Origin: a virus
Lineage: Duplodnaviria; Caudoviricetes
Reading direction: 5' to 3' (one strand)
Virus record (IMG/VR): IMGVR_UViG_3300030330_003269
Location: 32,766-96,765 of that record
DNA length: 64,000 bases
A model generated the notes under the pieces. The model had not been told where the DNA came from and searched no databases. It saw only the letters and a list, made by a program, of their open reading frames with translations. A program made the translations under genes and the position numbers. Below, piece by piece: positions 18,981-29,083 of this stretch (its first letter is position 1; each line of letters begins with the position of its first letter).

Positions 18981-20411
18981 TCAAAAGTTCAAGCCTATGG
19001 AGTTCATTCTTTGCGGGTTTTGACCTCCGCCGCCATCGTCAAATAACCCCAAATCATCTAAGAGAATAAACGCTTCGGAGGCTTGATAGGTGGCGGCATT
19101 CGCTAAGGCAAGACTCATCACCATGTCGTCATGCGCCCCGATTCCCTCAAATTTCCCTCGCTCAGTAATCGCAAACATTGACATTTCTTCAATCAATATG
19201 GATGAAACCCTCCTACTCTCTTCGTTCCCATAAGGGAAATTGATTTTACCGTTTTCAAGTGTCATTTGTAAATTGAGAATAATCTCTTGTTTCTTTCTTC
19301 GTGTCGTATCAAAGTCATGAACATTTAAATCTGCAACTTGACGAAGTTCTTGAGTAAATGATTTTGCAAATGTATTTGTTTCAAATAAGATAACTTCGGG
19401 TCGGAACAATTGACCAATCAATTTTACCTTCTGTATGTTCTCTCGGAATTGAACATTTTTAGACCTATCAACATAGACAATAGATTTATTTTCATCTTCA
19501 TCCATTTCAATAACAGTAATCACATTGTAGTCGCCATCTGTTGAAATAGCGGGGTCTACACCAACAAAGTATTTATATCCGTCTCTTCTCAAAGGTTTTA
19601 AAACTAAGTCTTTATTCTTTGCATTATCTAAATGTTCGGGATTAAAGAGAGAAGTTCCTGTTGAAATAGGCACACACATATATTCCCGTGTGAACATCAA
19701 TGAACCTACTTCTGCCTTACGAGCCATTAACGCTTCATAGTTCCATCGGTCAGGCCATAACGGTTCGTTTAATGCATTTAAACATGGGTATGTTCTAACG
19801 GTATAAGCAGCATTTTCTGATAACTGCTGATAAATATCTGTATAACTGAACGGCGTTCCAATAACACGCAAAGATGCAGTATGGTGAAGTGTAGGAATCA
19901 TATCACCATAAAACCAATCAGTCACTTTTTGAATACCAGTCATACTAAACTCTTTCAAAGGGTCGTCAATGATAATTTCTTGAGGGTGCAGACCACGAAT
20001 CTGTGAACCAACAGAACGCTCAAGGATTTGATTTCCATTTGTTAATGTAATGTTTCCAATAGCCCAACCTCTTGCGGGTTTGAATTTCTTGAGCATTGGG
20101 TGGGTGAACATCTTATCAATATCTCTCATGTGAACGAGAGTCTGCTTTTGGTTAGAAGAAATATAAAGCATTTGATATGGTGGCTCTTCAAAAATAAGTT
20201 TCCATACAACCCATGAATGCATAAAAACAGATTTACCGTGGTCACGACTACAAATGATAACTGTTCTTTGTGTCTCATTCATTAACTGATGCCATTCTTG
20301 AATATAAGAAGGAAAGTCAAAACCAAGCACATTTTGGAAAAAATACGGAAAAGAATTTTTGGACAGGCGCATATCCATCTCATGTTCAAAATTAAACGCC
20401 TCCACTTCCAT
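18981..20411 (-). CDS. terL: terminase large subunit
   Basis: Walker A SRDHGKS, Walker B IIIDD, GTP coupling motif, nuclease GVDPA and HDDMVMS. Confidence 0.93.
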   Translation of the reverse strand: MEVEAFNFEHEMDMRLSKNSFPYFFQNVLGFDFPSYIQEWHQLMNETQRTVIICSRDHGKSVFMHSWVVWKLIFEEPPYQMLYISSNQKQTLVHMRDIDKMFTHPMLKKFKPARGWAIGNITLTNGNQILERSVGSQIRGLHPQEIIIDDPLKEFSMTGIQKVTDWFYGDMIPTLHHTASLRVIGTPFSYTDIYQQLSENAAYTVRTYPCLNALNEPLWPDRWNYEALMARKAEVGSLMFTREYMCVPISTGTSLFNPEHLDNAKNKDLVLKPLRRDGYKYFVGVDPAISTDGDYNVITVIEMDEDENKSIVYVDRSKNVQFRENIQKVKLIGQLFRPEVILFETNTFAKSFTQELRQVADLNVHDFDTTRRKKQEIILNLQMTLENGKINFPYGNEESRRVSSILIEEMSMFAITERGKFEGIGAHDDMVMSLALANAATYQASEAFILLDDLGLFDDGGGGQNPQRMNSIGLNF

Positions 20412-20417
20412 TTAATT

Positions 20418-21257
20418 TCACTCCTCTTTGCCCATAGTCCAATAAGTAGTTCTTAAAATAGGAGAGGTGCTAGACAGACCATAAAGACTGACATTACCTT
20501 TAACACCCTGCTTAGCCTTTGGATAATAACCATATTTTCTCATAAGTTTAGTATAAGGCATAAATGTCATATGATTATCTTTTATTCTTCTTAATTGTGC
20601 CTTTTCTGAATGATTTCCATATGCGATAATAAGTTCTCGGTATTCTTTTGCAATTCTTTTCATTAGGTCTTTATTTTCAATACCCTTTCCGTCTAAATCT
20701 TCCACAATTTTTCTTACTGCTGCTTTAATAAATTGAAAATTATATTTTTTTTTAAGAATAGAAAACCAACTGGCCTGTTTATGAATCATCCACTTTTGAA
20801 CTTGGTCTGCATAAGTTAATCCTTCTAAATCTTGTTGAGAATCTTCAGGAAGTTCACTAATATTCATATCACCGAACCCTCTATTTCTATATGTGTTAGC
20901 AATTTTATCATTCGCAATATTCACATATAAAGTATTAGAACCCTTTTCTGCAATAATCTTATCAACTAATATTCCCGAAAGACCCCGACCTCTAAACTCA
21001 TCTCTTACATGAATACCTGCGCCAAGCAACTTACCCTTGTGTTTTGAAAATCCAATCACACCAACTGGTTTATCTTCATAATAAGCAACAAACATTGTTG
21101 CAGGAGCAGTAGCCCAAGAAGAATCACGGGACATTGAACGATAGCGCATTCTTCTTTTTTGATAATCAAAATAGCCATCGTCTTGAAAAGCCTTTACTGC
21201 ATCATCCTCAGACATTTCTCTAAAGGAAATATCAGCAGCAGAAAACTTTGAAACCAT
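20418..21257 (-). CDS. GNAT acetyltransferase fused to a WxxILK-led domain
   Basis: IHVRDEFRGRGLS acetyl-CoA motif and YRNRGF; internal SWFSILKK. Confidence 0.85.
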   Translation of the reverse strand: MVSKFSAADISFREMSEDDAVKAFQDDGYFDYQKRRMRYRSMSRDSSWATAPATMFVAYYEDKPVGVIGFSKHKGKLLGAGIHVRDEFRGRGLSGILVDKIIAEKGSNTLYVNIANDKIANTYRNRGFGDMNISELPEDSQQDLEGLTYADQVQKWMIHKQASWFSILKKKYNFQFIKAAVRKIVEDLDGKGIENKDLMKRIAKEYRELIIAYGNHSEKAQLRRIKDNHMTFMPYTKLMRKYGYYPKAKQGVKGNVSLYGLSSTSPILRTTYWTMGKEE

Positions 21258-21261
21258 AACT

Positions 21262-23841
21262 TCACCTAAAGTGTGCTTTGATTAAATAAACTTGCTCTGT
21301 GCTAATACCGAACTCTTTGGAAATATTCTGGTGAGAATCCATTTCCTTAACAATATTCTCTACCTCAAAGGAAGATAAATCAAGATTCTCTTCTACTTGC
21401 ATTTTCTTAATAATTGTATCAAAACCAACTTCATTAAAGGGCATGAAACCATAAACAATGGGCTTGCCCAACTGTTCTCTTACTACATCGTGGGCTTTCA
21501 ACATTTTTCTCAAAAGAATAGGTAAATCCTGCTGAACCTCTTGGAAGATTCTTAGAAGCCTATCATACTCTTCCTTTGTTCTTTTATCTCTTTGCCTTGC
21601 AGTAAAAGCCCCAGTATTTGCATCAAGCCAATAAGGTAAAGCAAATATGGGATATGCTTTGCCCTTTTGATAATCTTCATAGAAAGATTCAGTTCTACTT
21701 TCAATCGTCTTTCCATCAAGACTATTATCTTTCAAATTAAAATCTCCAGTCTGAACCATTAAGTAAGAAATCAAAGCAGCAACATAATCATAATTTCTTT
21801 CTTTATTCTCAAAAATCTGAGTCAATGCTTTCGCTGCTTTCTCACCAGCATCAATTAACTGTCCATCAATAGAAATGCTCTTAAGGAAAGCCATTTCCAA
21901 GAAATCCGAAATAGGACTTAACATATCTCCTGTTAAATCTTCTACTCTTGCATTTGCCATAACAGAATAAGCCCCACTCATTACAGTTTCTAATCCTAAT
22001 TTAGCACCTTGCATTTGCATAACTCGGCCACCGACATTGGAAACAAAGTCTGGAATCACAACAACCATTCTTCCTGTAAATGCAGGTTCAAAGAAATATT
22101 CATTTGCTGATTCCAACATTTGAACAAGAGCAGACTTTACTTCTTCACTTAGACCAATCAAAGGAGCATCTCTTCCTTTCTGTCTAGCATATTCATTTTC
22201 TTTAACTGATGTTGCTAATTCTCCTCTAAAACCTCTAAAGGTTTCTCTCATATCTGTTCCAGCAGAAGCCTTTCCACCTCTACGGTAAAAGTTTAACAAT
22301 TGCGGAAGTTCTTTACTTACTAAATTAGCCAATTCTTCAAAGAAAAAATTAATATTTTCAATGTTTTCTAATTCTGCTCCCCTAACATCTTTTTCATTGT
22401 AAAGATTAGCCATATCTCCATCTTCTAAAACAGAAATAGGTAAATAGAATTCTTCTCTATCATCAATAACAGTTGTATTACTAAACTCTTCAATCCAATC
22501 ATCAATATCAGTATCAAAGTCAATATCTAAAACAATTTCATCACTTTCTAAAGCCTCTCTTGCCCCAGAAAGAAGACTATATAGTGCTTCATCTCCTTCT
22601 TCGGTGATTGCTAATAATCTATCATTTCTTGAGTATTCAAGAGCGAGAAGAGGGTCAAGGTTCTGTAAATCCTCTTCTGCTTGCGAAATTACTGCATCCA
22701 ATTCCTTTTGACCAACATCTTCTACACTTAAATCAAGAGTAGAAGATTCTTCCCATTTACTATCAATTGCTCTTGAGGATTCAATAGCATCAACAATAGC
22801 ATTTTCTTTCCAATTTTCATCCTCATCCATTCCTTCAGAATATTCTTCAGGAGGGTCATCTAATGTTCTGCCTCCCTCTTCAGGTGGTCTTAAATCAACT
22901 AATCTTTTAAGAGAAGCCAATTTAGCGATTTGGGTATACCATCTTAAATTAGGAGGAATAACATCTTGTTCAACTGGTTTAAAGACAGCGATATAGTCTA
23001 ATTTAGAATTATCTAATAACTTTGAAAGACTTTCCATATCTTCAAGAAATTCCTTATGCTTTTTATTTCCTTCTTCCATTATCTTTTTGGCTTGAGATTT
23101 ATCCTGTCTTGGGGATTTATCCCCTTCACCCTCAGTAATTTCTGTTCTATCATCTTCTAAGGCATCTTGAAGCATATCTTTAGGAAACGGATTAGGCATT
23201 GTTTTAATTGCTTCAAAGAATTTTTTCCCATCTTCAATGAATTTATCAAGAGCAGACTGGTTTAGTTTCTCAAAATATTCATACACAGATTCTCTATTGT
23301 CTTTCTTTGAAATATCAAGCGCACCTAAAAACATTTTCAATCTTGCATCAACATCTAATTGAAATACTTCTGCTTCTGTAAAAGTAGTCTTTAATTTGGA
23401 CATAATTGCCCTAATATTGGACTCACCACGCTCAGTAAGATTTAATGAATCAATAAACTGAGCATTGTTCAATTCAAGAACACTCTCATCAGGGTTTCCA
23501 ATTTTTAATTGAGATAAATCGCTAAAGTTTTGTTTATTTAGATATTGAGCATCAACCCTCGTTCCACCATAAGTAATACGCATATTTAATACTCTTTTTA
23601 GTTTATTTTCAAGTTGTGCTGGTTCGCTAGTCCCTTCTCTATTTAAATAATCAGTAATATATGTTCTAATACCATACAATATTGCTTTACGGACTTTTTT
23701 AACATTTGTCATTTCTTGAACTTTAGGCTTAATAACTTCTTCAGTATATTTGATTCTAAAATTATCCTGTTCATCAAAAGGCAGTTGTCTCAATTCACTA
23801 AGAAAACTGTCTTCAATTTCAACACCCTCAACAACGACCAT
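21262..23841 (-). CDS. large acidic protein with C-terminal HTH-like domain
   Basis: 859 aa; SHQNISKEFGISTEQVYLIK. Confidence 0.75.
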   Translation of the reverse strand: MVVVEGVEIEDSFLSELRQLPFDEQDNFRIKYTEEVIKPKVQEMTNVKKVRKAILYGIRTYITDYLNREGTSEPAQLENKLKRVLNMRITYGGTRVDAQYLNKQNFSDLSQLKIGNPDESVLELNNAQFIDSLNLTERGESNIRAIMSKLKTTFTEAEVFQLDVDARLKMFLGALDISKKDNRESVYEYFEKLNQSALDKFIEDGKKFFEAIKTMPNPFPKDMLQDALEDDRTEITEGEGDKSPRQDKSQAKKIMEEGNKKHKEFLEDMESLSKLLDNSKLDYIAVFKPVEQDVIPPNLRWYTQIAKLASLKRLVDLRPPEEGGRTLDDPPEEYSEGMDEDENWKENAIVDAIESSRAIDSKWEESSTLDLSVEDVGQKELDAVISQAEEDLQNLDPLLALEYSRNDRLLAITEEGDEALYSLLSGAREALESDEIVLDIDFDTDIDDWIEEFSNTTVIDDREEFYLPISVLEDGDMANLYNEKDVRGAELENIENINFFFEELANLVSKELPQLLNFYRRGGKASAGTDMRETFRGFRGELATSVKENEYARQKGRDAPLIGLSEEVKSALVQMLESANEYFFEPAFTGRMVVVIPDFVSNVGGRVMQMQGAKLGLETVMSGAYSVMANARVEDLTGDMLSPISDFLEMAFLKSISIDGQLIDAGEKAAKALTQIFENKERNYDYVAALISYLMVQTGDFNLKDNSLDGKTIESRTESFYEDYQKGKAYPIFALPYWLDANTGAFTARQRDKRTKEEYDRLLRIFQEVQQDLPILLRKMLKAHDVVREQLGKPIVYGFMPFNEVGFDTIIKKMQVEENLDLSSFEVENIVKEMDSHQNISKEFGISTEQVYLIKAHFR

Positions 23842-23843
23842 TT

Positions 23844-25841
23844 TCAGTCCTCCAGTAGTCCTTCTTCTTTAAATGCGTTAAGTGCTTTGGTTGTATTTTC
23901 TACATTTTTACCTGTCATGTATTTTTCATAATTTTCAGCAATATCTTTCATTTGGAATTCAAATGCCTTAATAATCGCATCTCGTATTCTTTTCAGATAA
24001 TCAGGAATCTTTTTATCCAAGTCTTGAAGCCGTGAAGCGACCTCTTCGCTTTGCGGGTTGGCCTTCACGGACTTAAATACTTCCTTCGGGGTCATGTCAT
24101 TTAATGCGTGGTCAGCCATTCTTGAAAGAAAAGAGATAAAATTCTTTGGGTTTAACTGTTCAAGAGGACTTGCACCAACATCTTTAGAATTAATTAGTTT
24201 ATCCATTTCATCTGCCTTTTGTTTTACAAATTCAGGGAAAGAAGAGCCTGTAATTAAATCTCTTACCTTGGGAATATTACTAAATTCTAAAACATCGTCA
24301 GGTATTTTTTCAATAATAGTATTTGGGGTTAAATTAAGTTTTCTTATTCCATCATCAAATGTTATTTGAACATAGAAAGCAAGGTCGCCCATCTCATCTT
24401 CTTCAACATTTTCTCCTGAATAATCAATATATTGATACTCTAAGTCGTCAGCATCATATATCTTTTCAATAGTAGCCTTCAATTGTTTAAATTCAGAAAC
24501 AGTAAAATAATCCTTCAAAAAGGTTAATTGTTGTCTTCTTGAGATATCTTTTGTATTACTAACTATATTTTTAATGTTTCTAGAGAGTCGCATTTGATTT
24601 CTTATTTCTTTTCTAACTGCCGTTCTTGCTGCTTTAGTATCTGTTCTGCTTTTATTTTCAACTAATTCATTAATAAAAGGCCTGACATTTACATTAAACT
24701 TACGAGAATTATCCTGTCCTAGAAAAATAGATTCTGTAATATCATCAATTACTTCTAATTCAGCCTCTCCATCAGTCTGTGTTTCATTAATACGAAATTC
24801 ATTAAAGAAATTAGAAAACCAATCTTCTTTAAACTCAGTTTTAAGAATTAAAGAAGCCATAGGATTCAAGGCAACCGACTTAGCACCACTACCGCTTTTT
24901 GTTAAAAATAGCATATCTGGGACAGTTTCATCCTCTATATTTGGCCCTAAAGCACTTCTATCAAACTCTTTTGGAAGAAATTTGTCCTTTTTTCCAGCAA
25001 ATTTGCCAGAATTAAGAACATCTATGAATTTAAATACATCGTTTGCATCAAATGTCGCTTTGGCTTTAAATTTTTTGTCAGAAATGAGGAAATTATCAGG
25101 AATTTTTGAAGATTTGCCTCCTTCAACAAAATTTAACCCAACTGATTTCCTTTTTCCAAGAATAGGGGCAAAATGTTCGCTATAAAACTGTGAAACTCCA
25201 GAATCTCCACGAATTTTCTCTTGTAATTGAGTAAAATTCTCAAAATCTGTTAAAATAATGTCTTCACTTAGTTCTCCACCGATGAGTTCAGCAAAAATTC
25301 TTAGTAAATTTTTGTTTTTTGGTGGATTTTTGAAGGTAATGTAGTTTTTTGCACCTAATGTGTTGCTTACAAACAAATATTTTTGTTGAAGTCTTGGCTT
25401 ATTAGACCAAAATGCTAATTTTGTGTTATATTTTGGAGTATTTTTATTGAATTCAGAAAATTCTTGCTTGGCTTCATCGGGTTTTTTATTATTTATCAAA
25501 TCTCTTATCATGTTTAGTTGAGAAATTGCTTCATTTTCTGATAAATACTTCTTATCTGGTTCAATTTCTGAAATAAGTTCTTTTAATTTATTAAATCTTT
25601 CAGTAAATTGTTCCAATGTTGCTTCGCCTGTATCATATTCTTCATAATATTTTTCAGGAGCGTCCTTTAGAGCAGAAAGCGTCCCTCTCAAACTCTTTAC
25701 GAATTTTTTCGAAGTCTTGATTCTATCTAAAATTGTATTGAAATTACCTTCATCCATTAAAGCAGGGAAGAGAAAGTAAGATGGCATATTATCTTCGGGG
25801 ATAAACGGGAGAGGTTTCTTAATAATTGAAAACCAACTCAT
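23844..25841 (-). CDS. large WxxIIK-leader protein
   Basis: True start likely MSWFSIIKK at 25841 behind AGGAGA in the 22-bp repeat. Confidence 0.75.
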   Translation of the reverse strand: MSWFSIIKKPLPFIPEDNMPSYFLFPALMDEGNFNTILDRIKTSKKFVKSLRGTLSALKDAPEKYYEEYDTGEATLEQFTERFNKLKELISEIEPDKKYLSENEAISQLNMIRDLINNKKPDEAKQEFSEFNKNTPKYNTKLAFWSNKPRLQQKYLFVSNTLGAKNYITFKNPPKNKNLLRIFAELIGGELSEDIILTDFENFTQLQEKIRGDSGVSQFYSEHFAPILGKRKSVGLNFVEGGKSSKIPDNFLISDKKFKAKATFDANDVFKFIDVLNSGKFAGKKDKFLPKEFDRSALGPNIEDETVPDMLFLTKSGSGAKSVALNPMASLILKTEFKEDWFSNFFNEFRINETQTDGEAELEVIDDITESIFLGQDNSRKFNVNVRPFINELVENKSRTDTKAARTAVRKEIRNQMRLSRNIKNIVSNTKDISRRQQLTFLKDYFTVSEFKQLKATIEKIYDADDLEYQYIDYSGENVEEDEMGDLAFYVQITFDDGIRKLNLTPNTIIEKIPDDVLEFSNIPKVRDLITGSSFPEFVKQKADEMDKLINSKDVGASPLEQLNPKNFISFLSRMADHALNDMTPKEVFKSVKANPQSEEVASRLQDLDKKIPDYLKRIRDAIIKAFEFQMKDIAENYEKYMTGKNVENTTKALNAFKEEGLLED

Positions 25842-25852
25842 TGTAATCTCTC

Positions 25853-26131
25853 CTATTCCCACACCGAATCTGCCTTTCTAAGAGTCTTTCTAGGCTTAAA
25901 TCTCAAGACATTGTTTCCTCTATCCAACTTACGCCCATACCCTGTTTGCTCTGCTAAAGACTCATCGGTGAAATATAGAAGTCTTCCTCCGAACAAGCGA
26001 ATTAAGTAGTGGGTCTTTCCTTTCTCATTCGCTAGATTTTGAACCATTTCTTTTGCTTCGCCAATAGCGACTCCATCCCTAATCGGGGTCATTTTGCTAG
26101 TATCAATTTTCAGTATATCTTCCCAACTCAT
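25853..26131 (-). CDS. cassette gene, MSWEDILK leader
   Basis: 92 aa between repeats. Confidence 0.8.
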   Translation of the reverse strand: MSWEDILKIDTSKMTPIRDGVAIGEAKEMVQNLANEKGKTHYLIRLFGGRLLYFTDESLAEQTGYGRKLDRGNNVLRFKPRKTLRKADSVWE

Positions 26132-26142
26132 TGTAATCTCTC

Positions 26143-26472
26143 CTACACATTAAAAGGATTAAAGGGTTCTTTTTCTTCTTCTTCTTTTACAGGCTTATCC
26201 AAAAATTGACCGCCTGTGTATTTTGCTTCCTTTCTGGCTTTTTCTTCTCTTAGCCTTTTTTCTTCATTGAGTTTTTTAGTTTCTGCTGCTTTTTTATTAG
26301 CCTGTTGTCGTCTTTCAGGAGAAAGAGGTTTTCTTGGCTTATCAGCATATATTCTTCCAGGTTTTTTTGTTCTTAGAGCCTGTCTTTTTGTCGGGGATGC
26401 GCCATATTCTTTAAAATCAAAAGCATCACCTCTTCCTGCATATCCTCTTTTAATAATGTCCTGCCACTTCAT
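26143..26472 (-). CDS. cassette gene, MKWQDIIK leader, basic
   Basis: 109 aa between repeats. Confidence 0.8.
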   Translation of the reverse strand: MKWQDIIKRGYAGRGDAFDFKEYGASPTKRQALRTKKPGRIYADKPRKPLSPERRQQANKKAAETKKLNEEKRLREEKARKEAKYTGGQFLDKPVKEEEEKEPFNPFNV

Positions 26473-26744
26473 TGTAATCTTTCCTGTATTCTAAAATCTT
26501 CTTGTCTGCTTAAACTGTTCAATAATTCAGTCATATCAAAATCGGGGTTATCTAAATTCTCTTGAGTTAATTGATTAAGAGCATCATCAATTGTTTCTTC
26601 CAAAAGTTCTTTTTGTCTTTGGTATTCGGCCTCAATAAACTCTTCTTGCATCTCTCTAAAAATAGCAATAGAATTGCTAATATCAGGATATTTATTAAAA
26701 TCAATTTGATTTGGGTCTAGTTTCAAAATTTCTTCCCAACTCAT
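26469..26744 (-). CDS. cassette gene, MSWEEILK leader, acidic
   Basis: 91 aa; ends QERLQ encoded by the repeat. Confidence 0.8.
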   Translation of the reverse strand: MSWEEILKLDPNQIDFNKYPDISNSIAIFREMQEEFIEAEYQRQKELLEETIDDALNQLTQENLDNPDFDMTELLNSLSRQEDFRIQERLQ

Positions 26745-26761
26745 TGTAATCTCTCCTGCAT

Positions 26762-26941
26762 TTAAGCCTTAGTATTAGCCTCATCCAAGTATAACTCTAA
26801 TACTTGGTCGGGAGCATTTTTATCATCTGTGCGATATACTCCTTTTTTTCCATCTTCTAAATATTCAACAACATAATATTCTATTCCATCATGTTTTATT
26901 TCTTTAGGGAAGTCTCCCTTTAGTATGCTTTTCCAACTCAT
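26762..26941 (-). CDS. cassette gene, MSWKSILK leader (59 aa, not in ORF track)
   Basis: MSWKSILKGDFPKEIKHDG...EANTKA*. Confidence 0.8.
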   Translation of the reverse strand: MSWKSILKGDFPKEIKHDGIEYYVVEYLEDGKKGVYRTDDKNAPDQVLELYLDEANTKA

Positions 26942-27601
26942 TGTAATCTCTCCTGCATCTTCTGTTTAATATCCAGCCAAATCTCAGGATTGTTCTGTGC
27001 TAACACTTCTTGAACAATTTGCATTTGTGCGACAATAATCGTGTCCTGTCTCTTGTGAATCAATTTACCCTTGAACTCCATAAGATACTTTAAAGATTCT
27101 CTAATCTCTTGCTAACTTGGTAAGAGCGTCAATCATCTTAGGGTCAAGGTCATTCCCCAAATCGTTGAAGACTTGCTCTAAACGCATATCTAACTTTTGC
27201 ACATTGTTTGAAAGCAAATCAACTTCATTTACTTCCTTTTTCGCCAGCATCATGGCGGCGGATTCCTGCACGATTGGCGTTAAGTGGTGTTTGATGTGCC
27301 TACGCACCTGCTCTTTTGTGGTGTTCAGCGCAGAAGAAACAGCCTCAATGGTGATATTACCTTCTTTAATCGCAAGTTCGTAGTGCTTCCTCATGGGGTC
27401 TGTGCATAGAACACAACGAGGATTTGACGACATTTCATAATTCCCCATGTGGTTTCTTTGATGTTGTGCGGCAGTTCCGCTTCTCCATCCATGTTGTGCA
27501 TCCATATCATCACAAGTCATTGAACCCATCTCAAGAAGGGATTCCAACTCTTCTCGGTTGTCTGCTTGACAAAGACCACAACGCTTGCGATTAACTGTCA
27601 T
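26938..27601 (-). CDS. putative terminase small subunit (two CxxC...HxxxH fingers), frameshifted near 27105
   Basis: CGLC..HQRNH and CVLC..HIKHH then helices; frame 1 stops at LARD*, another frame continues IRESLKYLMEF...MQERLQ* to 26938. Confidence 0.6.
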
Positions 27602-27936
27602 TATGGAGAACCCCTATAAAAAATGTCATGTCCTCTTGATAAGTTCACAAGCCCACTACGATACATCATAAATTCATCAGTTCCGATACTTTCTTCCATC
27701 AAATCTAATGTGCTTTGCATAGCAAGCCAAACAGTAGGCTCTTTTGCGATAATCTTGCTCTTATTTGCCATAATTTTTTCTTTTATGTCTTTAAATATTT
27801 TGGTATGTCTTTTAATCTCTTTACCAGTATTTACCATATTTCTATTAAGGCTGGCTTCTTCCATATCTTCGGGAGCATATTTTTCTCCTAATCTACGGGC
27901 TTCATCCATATCAATCTTTAAAACCTCTTTCCACAT
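27601..27936 (-). CDS. MWKEVLK-leader protein
   Basis: 111 aa. Confidence 0.75.
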   Translation of the reverse strand: MWKEVLKIDMDEARRLGEKYAPEDMEEASLNRNMVNTGKEIKRHTKIFKDIKEKIMANKSKIIAKEPTVWLAMQSTLDLMEESIGTDEFMMYRSGLVNLSRGHDIFYRGSP

Positions 27937-27937
27937 A

Positions 27938-29083
27938 TTATTTTCTCCATAAAACCTGTTGCCACATTTTAGAAATAACCTTTTGATTAGGATTCAACTT
28001 AAAGTCATCATGTTGATATGTATCTGGATATTTTTCTTTGGCTGTCTTTCTGTAATCAAAACCACCCCTTGTATCATTTTGCCACGCACGAAAACCATTC
28101 GGTGCTTTGTTAGTTCCTTTTCTTTTTAAGGCTCTATCAACTAATTCAATAAAGACTTCTTTACCTACTGCTTTTGGAAATGAAACTATAGCAATATCAC
28201 CAGCAATAGAATTATCTTCGTCTGCTGGCCCAAGTTTAGCCAGTTCTCTTGCGATGTTCTGGTCTTTATTGGTTAGTCTAAACTTTTGATTTTTAAAATC
28301 TGTTCTAACCTTATTAGTTAATAATCTACCACCTGCGTTCCAAAATGCATTATTACGAACAACTTTATTAAAGTAACTTTGAATTGAACTGAGGTCTTCT
28401 AATTCTTCAGCATCAATACCTGATAAATTTTCAATGCCCAAGTCTTCAATTTCTGGCTTATCAATATCTTCTAAAATATGGAGAAGTCCTCTTGGTCTTG
28501 CGAACTTTGTTGAAGATTCTGAGAAAAGAGCCTGATGTGGCGGATTTTTTCCAGCAAACCATTCATCGTCTGCCTTTGGCACTTTGTTCTTCTTTGCATA
28601 ACTTTCGGTGGCATAATGTCCTTGGACTTTTCTTTCCTTTCTTTTCTGCTCACCTTCACCAACAGGTTTATCTGTGAATAAAATGAACGCAGGGTCAAAT
28701 GCTGGAGACTTTTCACCAATAACATGACCAGTTCCTTTCATGCCCTTTAATGTCTTAGCAAGGGCTTTAATTGTTTTAATGTTTCCAGTAGTCAATAATT
28801 CATTATCAACAAAACCTTCAACTGCAGTCAAAATATCAGCAACACCTTGACCTTCAACATCTTTATTTCTGCTTTTACTTCTTGCCTTTTTAATGTGTTG
28901 TTTAAGAAAAGCATATAATGATGGAACTCTTTGGACTCTCATATCACCTGCGCTGACAGAAAGACAATTATCTCTCCATTCATTAAACTCTTCAACAAAC
29001 CTTTCATTATCAAAGGTTTGGTCAAGAGAGTTTCCTTTATGTTTTTTTGGAGCCTTCTTTTTATCTTCAGGCATATTCTTCAT
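27938..29083 (-). CDS. hypothetical protein with C-terminal MWQQVLWRK
   Basis: 381-aa ORF. Confidence 0.75.
   Translation of the reverse strand: MKNMPEDKKKAPKKHKGNSLDQTFDNERFVEEFNEWRDNCLSVSAGDMRVQRVPSLYAFLKQHIKKARSKSRNKDVEGQGVADILTAVEGFVDNELLTTGNIKTIKALAKTLKGMKGTGHVIGEKSPAFDPAFILFTDKPVGEGEQKRKERKVQGHYATESYAKKNKVPKADDEWFAGKNPPHQALFSESSTKFARPRGLLHILEDIDKPEIEDLGIENLSGIDAEELEDLSSIQSYFNKVVRNNAFWNAGGRLLTNKVRTDFKNQKFRLTNKDQNIARELAKLGPADEDNSIAGDIAIVSFPKAVGKEVFIELVDRALKRKGTNKAPNGFRAWQNDTRGGFDYRKTAKEKYPDTYQHDDFKLNPNQKVISKMWQQVLWRK

Larger units (their letters stand above)
25833..26958 (-). repeat. five 22-bp direct repeats bounding gene cassettes
   Basis: CCAACTCATTGTAATCTCTCCT at 25833, 26123, 26736 and 26933; variant at about 26464. 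Confidence 0.92.

Noticed and set aside
17397-20411. Intein or group I intron in the terminase region
   Set aside because: terL is continuous and of normal length; the LAGLIDADG gene has no C...HN splice motifs
25833-26958. CRISPR mini-array or classical integron
   Set aside because: Spacers are whole ORFs; the repeat is a non-palindromic RBS/start junction, not attC-like; no integrase in the window
27101-27103. TAG recoding / alternative genetic code
   Set aside because: Read-through meets TAA shortly after; TAG terminates other genes normally (for example nrdJ); no suppressor tRNA
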